Positions 1 to 10,529 of a stretch of 64,000 nt of DNA are shown here, one piece after another. This stretch comes from Azolla caroliniana (Eukaryota; Plantae; Polypodiophyta), in assembly GCA_043228905.1 (NCBI GenBank), contig JBHGNT010000014.1:14756001-14820000 (forward strand), in the 5' to 3' direction. Numbering within the stretch: position 1 is the first letter of the stretch; every line of letters begins with the position of its first letter. Made by a program: the position numbers and the translations under genes. Under the pieces are notes generated by a model. The model searched no databases, was not told the DNA's origin, and saw only the letters and a list, made by a program, of their open reading frames with translations.

Positions 1-1
1 C

Positions 2-2371
2 GGGATCGGGGCCGGTTCCGGTATCATTTTCATCTTCTTCAGCCGGTTCTGTTTCTTCACCGTCTTCGGCCGGATCCTCGAGTGCTAACCGGTCCCTTGC
101 CGGTCGGGACTGCTCCTCGTAGAGTTTATCCTCACCGGTCGACTTGGAGCTCTTCATCTTCTTCTCCGACTCCCAGTCGGCGAGTGTCTTGTCCTCCATG
201 AAGATGATATCTCGACTCCTGAACATCTTCTTGTCGACCGGGTCCCATACTCGGTAGCCGAACTCGTCGTCGCCGTAACCGAGGAATATGCATGGCCGGG
301 TCTTTGGATCTAACTTTCCTCTCCGGTCCTTTGCCACATGCACGTATGCGAGACACCCGAACACCTTCAGATGCCGGTAGGACACTTCCTTACCGGTCCA
401 CACTTTCTGCGGCGTGTCTCCATCCAGGGGTACTGAGGGTGATCTATTTATCACATACGTCGCCATCGACATTGCCTCAGCCCAAAATCCCTTGGGTAAC
501 TTCGCATGCGCCAGCATACTCCGGACCCTCTCCATTATGGTCCGGTTCATCCTCTCGGCCAGCCCGTTCAGTTCCGGCGTCTTCGGCACAGTAAACTCGA
601 GCCGGATTCCCTTCGAGCGACAGTACTCCTGGAACTGCCCCCGGTATTCCCCTCCGTTATCCGCTCGTATCACTTTCAGCTTCTTGCCGGATTCTCTTTC
701 CACTCTCGCGTGGAGTTCTTTGAAGACGGACAACACTTGGTCCTTTGTCTTCAACGGTGCCGTCCACAGCTTCCGGCTGTGATCATCAATGAATGTCACG
801 AAGTACTGGGCTCCGCCATGTGACTTCGTTTCTACCTGACACACATCAGTGTGCACCAGCTCCAAGGGTGCGCTACGTCTCGTCGGTGGCCTTGAGTGGA
901 AGGAGGTCCGGTTTTGCTTACTGGCCAGGCAATCGGTGCACTTCTCCAGATGCACATGCTTCACTGGAATGAGGTTGTCTTCTGCAAGCCTCTTCATCCC
1001 CTTCTCGCTCATGTGGCACAGTCTCTTGTGCCACAGCTCACCGGCAGTGTCGGTTGCCACGTTCAGCTCCTCCGGACATAGCCGGGAATTCATCAGGTAC
1101 AGTGTGTTGATCTTCCGGGCCCGAGCCACTATCAGGCTCCCTTTGCTGAACTTCATGACACCGTTCCGGATGCTACCCATGTAGCCTTCATCGTCTAGCC
1201 TCCCGGCCGAAATCAGGTTCAATCGAACCTCCGGAACGTGTCGAACATCCTTCAGCAGCATCTTGCATCCGGTTGATGTCATCAGCCACACGTCTCCTAT
1301 GCCGGCAATCCGGCATGTGCCTTCATTTCCCATCCGGACACAGCCGTGCTCACCGGCTGTGTAGGATGAGAAGTATTTCTTCTCCGGGGTCAGGTGGAAC
1401 GACGCTCCGGAATTGACCACCCAGGTCATCTCTACACCGGCAAGGTTCAGCTCCCTCTCTTCGGTAATGAGCATTATCTCTTCTTCACTTGCCGCGAGTG
1501 CCGTCGTTCCTTTTCGGTCCTGCCCTCGCCGATCCGGACATCTCCGGTCCGTGGCTCCCCGGTATGCACCGTTTCTCTCCGGTGACTTCTTCGAATCGGT
1601 GTCGTCGGCTCCGTTGTCCTTTCGGTAATGCCGACAATTCTTCCGGAAGTGCCCCGGCTTCCCACAGTGGAAGCATGTGGGCCTTCCTCTTGACTGCGAC
1701 CGGGTCCCCGACTTCTCCCGTCTTTGCGGACTCCGGTTCCATTGTCTTCCCCGATCCGATTCGGTAAGCAGCGCCTTCGGATCGGAAACCTGTTCCTTAT
1801 CCCTCCGACGCGCTTCTTCGTTCAAAATGCTTGTCTTTACCGTTTGTAGAGACAAGTTATCTTCGGTGCAGGAGGTGCTGAGAGTCACGACCAAGTTCTC
1901 CCAGCTTTCGGGCAATGTACACATCAGAATGATGGCTTGCATTGCATCCTCCAACGGGAACTTGATCGCCGCAAGCTGGTTCACGAATCCCATGAACGTG
2001 CTCACGTGTTCCACCATATTCTCGCCGTCCCGGTACTTGAGGTTCACTATCTTCCTCATCAGGGAGGTCCGGTTCAACGCATTCTTCCTCTCGTAGAGGC
2101 CCGACAGCTTCTTCCACATCTCATATGCGTTGGTGTCGTTCGCCACATGTTGTAGGACGCTTACATCGACATATTGCCGGATCGTCGCTACGGCTTTCCG
2201 GTTCAGGAGCTTCCACTCCGACTCTATTACTCCCTTGGGTATCTCGGCATTGTCGATCGGTTCGTACAGGTCTCGGACGATGAGAAGGTCTTCCATCTTT
2301 ATCTTCCAATCGGCGTAGTTCTGTGAGTTCAACACCATCATGCCCGGAGGCCCACTACCGCCGCCTTCCAT
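2..2371 (-). CDS. copia Gag-Pol polyprotein (partial, open to the window edge; absent from the ORF track because it has no stop in the window)
   Basis: Manual translation MEGGGSGPPGMMVLNSQNYADWKIKMEDLL.., CCHC knuckle CFHCGKPGHFRKNC, protease WVVNSGASFH, GAG-pre-integrase LWHKRLCHMSEKG, integrase VHTDV..FIDDHS..RADNGGEY..NGLAERMNRT, VFGC/KLDPK. Confidence 0.93.
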   Translation of the reverse strand, partial: MEGGGSGPPGMMVLNSQNYADWKIKMEDLLIVRDLYEPIDNAEIPKGVIESEWKLLNRKAVATIRQYVDVSVLQHVANDTNAYEMWKKLSGLYERKNALNRTSLMRKIVNLKYRDGENMVEHVSTFMGFVNQLAAIKFPLEDAMQAIILMCTLPESWENLVVTLSTSCTEDNLSLQTVKTSILNEEARRRDKEQVSDPKALLTESDRGRQWNRSPQRREKSGTRSQSRGRPTCFHCGKPGHFRKNCRHYRKDNGADDTDSKKSPERNGAYRGATDRRCPDRRGQDRKGTTALAASEEEIMLITEERELNLAGVEMTWVVNSGASFHLTPEKKYFSSYTAGEHGCVRMGNEGTCRIAGIGDVWLMTSTGCKMLLKDVRHVPEVRLNLISAGRLDDEGYMGSIRNGVMKFSKGSLIVARARKINTLYLMNSRLCPEELNVATDTAGELWHKRLCHMSEKGMKRLAEDNLIPVKHVHLEKCTDCLASKQNRTSFHSRPPTRRSAPLELVHTDVCQVETKSHGGAQYFVTFIDDHSRKLWTAPLKTKDQVLSVFKELHARVERESGKKLKVIRADNGGEYRGQFQEYCRSKGIRLEFTVPKTPELNGLAERMNRTIMERVRSMLAHAKLPKGFWAEAMSMATYVINRSPSVPLDGDTPQKVWTGKEVSYRHLKVFGCLAYVHVAKDRRGKLDPKTRPCIFLGYGDDEFGYRVWDPVDKKMFRSRDIIFMEDKTLADWESEKKMKSSKSTGEDKLYEEQSRPARDRLALEDPAEDGEETEPAEEDENDTGTGPDP

Positions 2372-2387
2372 TTTCTGTGTTACCGTC

Positions 2388-2399
2388 GCTCTGATACCA
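2388..2399 (-). promoter_or_regulatory. primer-binding site (tRNA-iMet)
   Basis: TGGTATCAGAGC on the minus strand, 3 nt from the LTR end. Confidence 0.95.
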
Positions 2400-2402
2400 A
2401 TT

Positions 2403-2666
2403 TGTTGCAAAACAGTGCTCGGCCACAACCAAGGAATAGGATTACCTCACAGAAAACAGGAAATACTAAATGCACGAAGACAATAGAGAGGAGGGTACAC
2501 AGGGTGTTTACGTGGAAAACCCTAAATGGGAAAAACCACGGGAGTCCTCAGACTCCAACTATCACTATGAACAGAGATGTACAATGGTGAAGCTACAAGG
2601 CAACAACCTTGAGTTCACTGTCTTCGCCACAGGCGGCGGTAATACACAGAGGCAACGACCTCTTCG

Positions 2667-2698
<32 letters not shown>

Positions 2699-3092
2699 GG
2701 CTGCTCTCACTTCGCATGAAAAATGAGCAACAACAAAAAACTGTTTGCCCTAAGTCATATTTATACACATATGACTTTCGGGCTATTTACAATTATAGCC
2801 TCAAGGGCCCTTGGCAAACATATTCACAAATATGTCCCCGCATCCGGATCTCTCTCTCCGGGTACATTCGTCATCCGGCTCCGTAGCCGGGGACTTCATC
2901 ATCCGGCTCCGTAACCGGGGACTTCATCATCCGGCTCCGTAGCCAGGGTCTTCATCATCCGGATCCGTATCCGGGTACTCTTCATCCGGCTTCATGCCGG
3001 GTACTCTTCATCATCCGGTTCCGTAACCGCAACCGGGCTTGCCGTCATTTATCTCCGGGGACATCCCATCCGGAGGGACCGAAATCCCAACA
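2403..3092 (-). repeat. 5' LTR of copia A (~690 bp)
   Basis: TGTTG/CAACA termini, adjacent PBS, (CT)n tract. Confidence 0.9.
2865..3030. repeat. ~28-29 bp tandem repeat in U3 of the copia A LTR
   Basis: About 6 copies of cttcatcatccggctccgtagccgggga-like units. Confidence 0.85.
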
Positions 3093-5475
3093 CTCTATTC
3101 CGATAAGGTAGTCACGATCGGTTTTGACCGCAGATATTATTCCCCATAGCTCTCTCTTTACTTGGGCATACTTCCTTTGTATTTCGGTTAACACCTTTGC
3201 ACCAAATCGGATTGCATACCAATTCTTTTCTTTGTCTTCTTGGTTTATCACCCATCCAATTCCGATTGGGCTCGTATCCATCGTCACATATATCAGGGTA
3301 CCTTTGGTGTAGTCGGCTTTTCGCAGTGCCGGAGCTTCCAATAATAGTTTCTTTAGCTTTTGAACCGCGTAGGTACGCTCATCTTCCCATTCGAATTTCT
3401 TCCTTTTCTTTAGTAATCCATACAATGGTTCAGCGACATGAGCATAATGTGGAATCCATATGTGATAGAATGCACATGCTCCCAAGAATCTTCGCACCTC
3501 TGTTTGAGACACACATTCTCCTTTCATCTCTTGAATATCGTTCACCTTGGATGGAGATGGCTTCCGGCCATAGGACCCACATAAGTGTCCTACTACCAAT
3601 ATTTCTGGTTGACCGAATGCAAACTTCTCTCCCGAAAACGTGAGATTTGCATCCTCAAGCTTTTGCAACACCTTCTCACTATCCTCTATATGATCGATGA
3701 CGAATCTTCGACAACCATCTTCATCTTTCGATTCATCCTTTTCTTCCACCAAGCATCCTTTGATCGGAATATCATCTAAGAAGGGCATTGTGATATCATG
3801 GATACAATCCCTCAACACTTTGTTCATGGCATTCACCATGTGGGCTACGGAATTTGTTGCACCTTGGGGTAAGGTGCACATCCTTACCAACCCGATCGGC
3901 GTCCTCATTGTCGTTATGTCTCTACTATCGACGGCCAATTGAAATTCATCATAGCCCGAGTAGAGATCACCAATGGAATAAATCGATCTTCCCGCGAAGG
4001 CTTCGGCAAATACATCCACACTTGGACCAATTCCGGCATTTCGGATTGTCACCTTGTTGACAGGTTGGAGATCTTGAATAAAGCATAAGGACCCGTTCTT
4101 CTTCGGCACCATAAACCATCTATTGGAGTAGGGAGCATTGGACAGCTCAAGTATTCCCATCCTAACCTTTTCCTTTAGAAGCTCAATCAACTTCGGAATG
4201 TGAGCTCTTGGAACCGTATCGGCTTGAGGTTCCAAGGTACATGCGGCACCGTAAAAATCACCATCGGCTCTATTCTCTTCGGGTCGGCACATCGGATCTC
4301 TTGTGGAGAGAAGGCAAAGGATTTCCCATGTCTCTCAAGCATTCGGCAGAACATTCTCTCCTCTTCAAGGAGAAGGAAATCTTCCTTTCGAACTTGTAGC
4401 TTTCCTTTTGTCTCTTTGGTGAAGACATGACCTATTGCCTTTGGATCCCTTAAGCTCGGATCATTAGCAACTTCCTTCATCTTCTGCCAACTATCTTCCG
4501 GTAGCGGAACCGGAATTGGCTTGATCTTCTTATCCACCATTTTATATTTTGTGTTGACTTCAGCTTCCTCCATCAAGATGCCTCAATGATATTCATCGAT
4601 GATAGCGTACATGTTGACAGAGTTAACCGAAATCACATTTTGATCGTGAGGGTAGCTCAAGTCCACGACTTCTTCGATTTTGCCGATGGTGTCGTTAAAT
4701 GAGGCTTCCTCTAGAATATGAGACACAAATTCTTCTTCTTCGATTATGCTTTCTTCTTTTAGCATCTTCTTGAAGTCTTGTATCTGACGCTTGTCCTTCT
4801 TGTTGAGTAGTGTTAGTTTACATGCGCCACTAGGTGTCACACATGTTGATTCTCCTTGTGATCCACTTATTTTGCTTCCTTGTGGGGACTTATGATTGCT
4901 CGGACTATTTGTGCCCCACGCTTCAATAGTCCGCTCTAAATATCCGAGGATTCGCCTCCAAGGCTATCTCGGTTCCTTTCGTGATTAGCCCACACCGTAA
5001 GGAATTGAACAGATCTTTGATTGTCAAGGCTCTTCACTCGCGTGAAGGCCGCTCCATTATTGAACACCTTAGTCTCCATCTGGGATGATGTAATATATGG
5101 TTGTCCTAGGATGAAGGGATGTGAAGCCAAGTCTTGCACGAAGAAGTGTTGTTCCATCTCCACATCTCCGATCATGACTTTAACATTGGGGCAAGCTCCG
5201 TATAGGTCTTCCATGGCCTTCGTTGCCGCTCGTATCTTCCATCCGTGGTTTGTGTTGATCGGCCATCTTCCTTTCTTGTAGAATTTGGTTGACATGAGGT
5301 TGATCTCCGAACCATGGTCAATCAAGGCTACCACAGTCTCTTTCTTCTCTCCAATCTTCACCGGCGTCTCTGTTGTCGCTCTTGCCCAATGAGGCCAAGA
5401 GTAATGGTTGTCCGCCATCACGTCTTCTTCCTCCTCCTCTTCCGATCTTGCCATGGTTATGGCACTTCTTTTCAC
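3093..5475 (-). pseudogene. gypsy A pol (protease, RT, RNase H), frameshifted
   Basis: ORFs 4936-5475 (aspartic protease), 4187-4576 and 3045-4292 (RT/RH) in different frames. Confidence 0.9.
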
Positions 5476-5502
5476 CGCCTCTTCATCCGATTGTTGCCGC
5501 TT

Positions 5503-7116
5503 CTACTTAATCAAGTCCACGATAGTATCGTGGAACTCCTTTTTAGCGATCCCAAGTAGCTCTCTCAAAGTAAGGTCGACATGACTGTCTAAAACCTTCT
5601 CCTCAAGGACCTTCCGCAAGTTTGTTGTTTGTTCTATGTCCGACCTTAGCTTGTAAGTCAGCGCCGCTTGTTCTTTTCCTTTCTTCACAGATTCATCGAC
5701 TTCCATCCGAGAAGGTTGGCTCGATCCACCGGGCTTCATGCTTGTTTCTCCTATCTCTTTTCGTGGCGTAGGTTGGGTTTGTCCTTCTTTCCCTGCATTC
5801 CTCGTATTGTGACACTTTGATGTGCCATCTTCTTCATCGGTTCTTTTCCTCTTCTCTTCAACAAGAGCTTCATAGTTGTCACACATAACCTCCGCAAAGC
5901 TCGTGTTATCGTCAACTGGATCCGACCATCCGGTAACTCATCGCACATTCCGGTTAGCATGTTTTAGATCCTCCAAATCTATTTTTCCTTTCTTTTTGCA
6001 CTCAAATACCGTTGGCCAAAACCCAACTCCTGGCTTGATCGTCTTTAGATTCTCTCTTCCGACTCGTATTCCCATCGATGCGGCATAGTGCATGGCTTCC
6101 ACATGCCTTGCATCTTTCTCTTCCACGATCTTTTTCAGCCCGCCCCTTCCGAACTTCACTCGTAGTGGGTTTCAGGTCTCACTCGAGTGGATCATGTTGC
6201 CATCCAAATAGACGACATTCTTGCGAATCGCGTCTTGCAAGTCAGTGCACTCCCTTCGCGAGTGCTCGAAGCTGTAGCACCACACACATCTATACACTTA
6301 TTTTCCCTTTCACCCACATCGACCTAAGTTGGCCAGCGATACTGCTTCAAACTTCTTGGAGAGCTATTCGATTATAGATTCCTCCATCGCTTTCTTGTCG
6401 AAATTGTTGATCGGCTTGTTAGAATCGATCGTCACAGGTGCCTTCCTCCACGATTGTGGATTCTCCATATCAGTTTCCTCTTGCCATTGTCGACGCTTAT
6501 CAGGACGGCTACAAGCCTTCTTCACCGTCGCCCAGTCCGCTACCAATCCATTTGGTTGTGTTTCATCCTCCAAAAAGTTACCCAATTCACGCTGATCTTT
6601 CAAATCCACTGCGTTGAGGAATAGTAGGACTTTATCTCCATCGAGAACTCGTTGATCAACACTCGGAAGTTGATTATACTTCTGGTCGAATTCGACATAT
6701 ACTCCAGGCGCACACATATTCTTCCCTTTCTTCTCGATCCAAGTCATTAGCGTATGTCGAGTCATCCGTGATGCGTCTTCAAGCATGTATTCAGCGAGAA
6801 GCGACTTTTCGAACTCCGCCCAAGTTGCATGCTCGTTTTCGATCTCCATGATGTGCTCACAGATCCCTGGTTCCACCACACATTTGAATCTAGAAATTTC
6901 TTTGAGATCATTGACATCCCTTTATTGCATCTCGTTCTGATAGGTAGCAAGAAAATCTGTGATGTTCTTGTCACCAAATAGTCCAGCTATCTCGACCGTA
7001 CGATCAACAGCTTTGTCGATTAAAGCTTCTCGATCTCTCACCTTCAGCATGTATTCCACTACGGACACCATGCCTTTCGTTAGTTCCTCACCTTGAGTTC
7101 CGCTTGTGGAAGCCAT
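5503..7116 (-). pseudogene. gypsy A gag, fragmented
   Basis: MASTSGTQGEE..FGDKNITDF.. and ORF 6364-6879; clearly homologous to gag at 24056-24550/32291-32661 (MTRH.LM.W.EKK.K.M; VD.KD..ELG..LEDETQ.NGLVADW). Confidence 0.85.
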
Positions 7117-7154
7117 CGTTGCAATTGATATCCTCCCTACCGCCTCTTTCACGT

Positions 7155-7784
7155 TGTCGAGGTTTTCCTCGCGGATGCGTGGAATGAGGCGGGACCTCAG
7201 GGGTCCTGTACCAAAGAGCAAGAGAGAAGGGACAAGAGACCCACTACGTGCGAGCGTAGATTCACAGGGACACGGCCCTTCGACACAAAGACGCGAGTGG
7301 GACAGCGACACAGAGAGACACGAATGTATGTATGTATTAACAAAGACAACAACAAGAACACGGAAGCAACAAAAACACGAAGTCGGTTACAACCGAACAG
7401 GCCGGCGAACAGATGCCGATGCCTGTTCGTAAACGCACAAAAAGACAGGAGCAAGTTGGAGGTGCTGCCGGAAGCACTCGGGCATTCCTCAGAGCAGCAC
7501 GAGCCTCCCGAAACCTACACAGAAGGAAGCTATGGAGTTTGCGAACCAGAGAGAGAGAGAGAAGCCTTCGCACGCAAACCGACAGCACTTCGTCCTCGAC
7601 GCTCCGCGATCCCCTCCCCCTTCTCGTCTCCCTCCTTTTTATAGGCAAGGAAGGAGCCGTTTCCCCTTTACTTCCTACCCACTAAATCTACCTGCCTAGC
7701 ATCTTCTATGGACAACATTCGACAAGAGCCGGTTCCTACGCTCCTGTGCACCGATTCCGCTTGTGGACGGTTTTCTTCACGACA
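7155..7784 (-). mobile_element. solo LTR (TGTCG..CGACA group) inserted into the PBS of gypsy A
   Basis: TGTCGTGAAG...CCTCGACA on the minus strand; 4-bp flanks acgt (7151-7154)/actt (7785-7788); removing it restores TGGTGAACTTG-ACGT-GAAAGAGG, matching 23992-24013. Confidence 0.85.
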
Positions 7785-7799
7785 ACTTCAAGTTCACCA
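7785..7799 (-). promoter_or_regulatory. PBS (tRNA-Trp type), disrupted
   Basis: TGGTGAACTTGA.., 8 nt from the LTR end; plant tRNA-Trp(CCA) ends ..CGTCGGGTTCACCA (from memory). Confidence 0.7.
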
Positions 7800-8688
7800 C
7801 TTGATTATGTCGTGAAAATTCGTCATTATGTGTGGATCGCAAGGCGGAACCGACGGGGTTCTAGACTAGAAGTATTTAGTGCAACACGTACAACACAAGC
7901 AAAATTCACATATAAGATGACTAGATGAGAGAAAACGTTCGTTTATTGCATAAGAAAATAGATTCTTTGTTAATTCAAGAATCTTGTTACAACGGGTCGG
8001 CGATGAAAATGAGAGATAGAATTTTTAAAGAAAGGAGCCAACAAACATGTAAGGAGTGGTCCAATATGAATACGAGAGATAATTTTTGACAAGAAAGATT
8101 GAGCAAGCCAAGCCAAGAGTTTGATATCAATATGAGAGATAATTTGTTTTGGAATCCTCGAGAAAAGAAGAAGGAAACAAAAAACTAGAGGGAAAAAATG
8201 GAACATATATCAAGTTCTTTGTTGATCCTCCTTCCCAATGTTACTTTGTATGTTCACTTTTAGTTGCATGGCCTCTAATTTTAGTTGCATGCTTCCATTT
8301 TTAGTTGCATGCCTTTTACTTTTAGTTGCATGCGACCGTCCGTATAATTCGGCCAAATGACCCAATCATCCAGAAAGTTTACCCCATGCGCAATCCGTAC
8401 GTGCGTCGCAACCAAACCATAGACGCGTCCGCGCACAAAAGTCCCAACCACGCACGCACGCGTCCTGACCGCGCGCTTGTCCAAAACTTCCACGCGGCAG
8501 TGCACGCGTACGCCCAAAACTTGCACACGCGCGTACGTCCGAAAACATCCACGTGGCCGTGCACGCACACGCACCGCGTCCCGATCGCATGCTCGTCCGA
8601 AACGTCCACGCGGCAATGCATGCGTACGCCCGAAACTTGCACATGCACTTACGTCCGAAAACGTCCACGTGGTCGTGCACACACACTA

Positions 8689-9392
8689 TGTCGTGCCTTT
8701 CGTCTCCGGATCGTTGCGTGAGTCGGGTGGGAACCCCCGAGGTTTTTGACTAGGAGGAAGAGGAATACAACTTAAGGCTAGTTATGAATAGTGGAAAGAG
8801 AAGTAAGATAGCAATCCCGTGAATCCCACGAGTTTAGTGTCTTTAAAACAATATTTAGATTATAAGAGTAATTTAGATGGCAAAATTCGTGAATCCCACG
8901 AATATATTAGATTGATCAATCCTTGTATATTAATCAACAACCTTATACATATTTCTCTCCTCCTTATATAAAGATGGAAGAGGCTAAGCATGGCTTCATG
9001 CTTTTTCACCAAAAGTGTCCATGCACACTAAACGTGCATGTGATGCTTTGTCATTTGCTAAGTATAGGGCTCATGCACGCTAGATGTGCATGAGTCAGTT
9101 TTAATGTCACGTGTAAATAAAATATTCACCCCCTAAAGAATACATGATTTTTACCTTTTAATAAAGGTATGTGTAAATAAAGGTCTTATATATATTAAAT
9201 CTATATATATAATACTAAAGATAAGTTATTATAATGGTAAAGTTGGGGTTTATCTATGTGGAGGTGCAGGGTTTGAATCCTGCCCTATGCACGTGATAAA
9301 TGTTTTGATATATTATTTATTTATTTATATGTATCTAAAATCGGATATATTATTTTATGGTTTTCACGTAGTGTGTGGAATACACTACGACA
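8689..9392 (-). mobile_element. solo LTR (TGTCG..CGACA group) nested in the tandem array
   Basis: tgtcgtg...tacgaca termini; TATATAAGGAGGAGAGAAA on the minus strand like the LTR at 17745; flanks acta/acgc (imperfect TSD). Confidence 0.75.
9224..9290 (+). other. tRNA-like A/B-box cassette, antisense to its LTR
   Basis: A-box-like TATTATAATGG at 9227, B-box-like GGTTTGAATCC at 9270. Confidence 0.55.
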
Positions 9393-9925
9393 ACGCGCGG
9401 CGTACGCATCCGTGCACTCGTCTGAAACGTCCACGCGGTAGTGCACGCGTACGCCCGAAACTTGCACACATGCGTACGTCCAAAAACGTCCACGTGGCCA
9501 AGCACGCACACATGTCGCGTACGCATCAACGCGCTCGTCTGAAACATCCACGCGGCAGTGCACGCGTATGCCCAAAACTTGCATATGCATGTATGTCCGA
9601 AAACGTCCACACGGTGTAGCCCAAGTCACCTTCAACATTCTGTGTCCCACACATTGATATAACTAATATGTTTTGGTTTCCCTTATATATCCTGGGTTCC
9701 AATGTTGTCATATCTATGTGGGATATCTCACAGTTTTGTCTTTTTTTTTTTTTCTTCAAACTTCATAGTCACATAACTTGATACTTGTTTATCCCTTTTA
9801 TGTGTAGTAAAATATGTTATGAAGCTCTTCAAGACATCTATCTTCCCATATGAATACATTAAGCTAATCTTAAATAATTGTTTTACTATTTTTTATATCG
9901 TGTGTGAAAAACCACACGACAACGC

Positions 9926-10510
9926 TAGTTCCCGATGTTGTTGTTGCGGTTGCTGCTTCTCTAAGGAGATTTGTTGAAGCTCCCCCAACAATCGTTAATT
10001 TTCTTCTTCCAATGCAAGAAACTTCTCTTTTAAGCATCGCAACTCCGAGAAAACGGATTGATATTCTTGAGCGCTAACAGTGGCCATAGTATGAGAGAAA
10101 AGAGGAATAAGATATTAGTATGAAAGGAGCAAGAAGAGAAGGAAGAGAAGGAAGGAGACCAAAATCAATTCAAACTGTCAGGAACAGTACTAAGACAGAG
10201 AAGTATTGTCAGGAACAGTACTCAAACAAAGAAAGAATTAGTACTATAAGATGAGGATTAGTACTAAGGGAGGTGTAGAACTCTTGAGAGAAGGAAAGAG
10301 GGTGAGAGAGAGAGAGAGAGAGAGAGAATGATGATAACAAAAGATATATACTATGTTAAGAGAATTATATACAATTGTAGCTAGGAGGCTTAAGACTGGC
10401 GTTGAACCGATTTGGTTCAAAATAATGCCTTGTGCCTCCTTTTATAGTGTTCTCAGGAGTACTCCTGAATCTGGAATATACATCAATTTTCTATAATATA
10501 TAGTCTAATG
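9926..10510 (-). mobile_element. possible older retroelement remnant (gag N-terminus plus LTR-like leader) hosting gypsy A
   Basis: MATVSAQEYQSVFSELRCLKEKFLALEEEN*RLLGELQQ.. from 10087; (GA)n and TATA-like segment upstream; no diagnostic domain. Confidence 0.3.
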
Positions 10511-10529
10511 GTCAAGAGCTCAACCCATG

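Larger units (their letters stand above)
1..3092 (-). mobile_element. Ty1/copia LTR retrotransposon A (Tnt1/Tork-like), 5' half; continues off the left edge; inserted into the RNase H of gypsy A
   Basis: 5' LTR 2403-3092 (TGTTG...CAACA), iMet PBS, long open gag-PR-IN frame; the gypsy RT-RH ORF 3045-4292 reads into the LTR (..DYLIGIE|CWDFGP). Confidence 0.95.
8395..9615. repeat. ~117-bp CpG-rich tandem array inside the LTR, interrupted by a solo LTR
   Basis: Recurring ccacgcggcagtgcacgcgtacgcccgaaacttgc at ~8489, 8606, 9431 and 9548. Confidence 0.9.
3093..9921 (-). mobile_element. Ty3/gypsy element A (fungal-like/Ylt1-type, decayed autonomous copy), 5' part; 3' part displaced beyond copia A
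   Basis: 5' LTR 7808-9921, Trp-type PBS, gag, protease LIDHGSEIN, RT ..LPQGATNS..PFLDDIPIKG, RNase H DTSPIGIG..YAQVKRELWG. Confidence 0.9.
7808..9921 (-). repeat. 5' LTR of gypsy A, containing a tandem array and a nested solo LTR
   Basis: TGTCGTG/CACGACA termini; 9620-9921 and 7808-7870 align with the two ends of the LTR at 22870-23983. Confidence 0.85.

Noticed and set aside
2865-3030. CRISPR-like ~29-bp repeats
   Set aside because: Head-to-tail with no unique spacers, inside a eukaryotic LTR, and no cas genes
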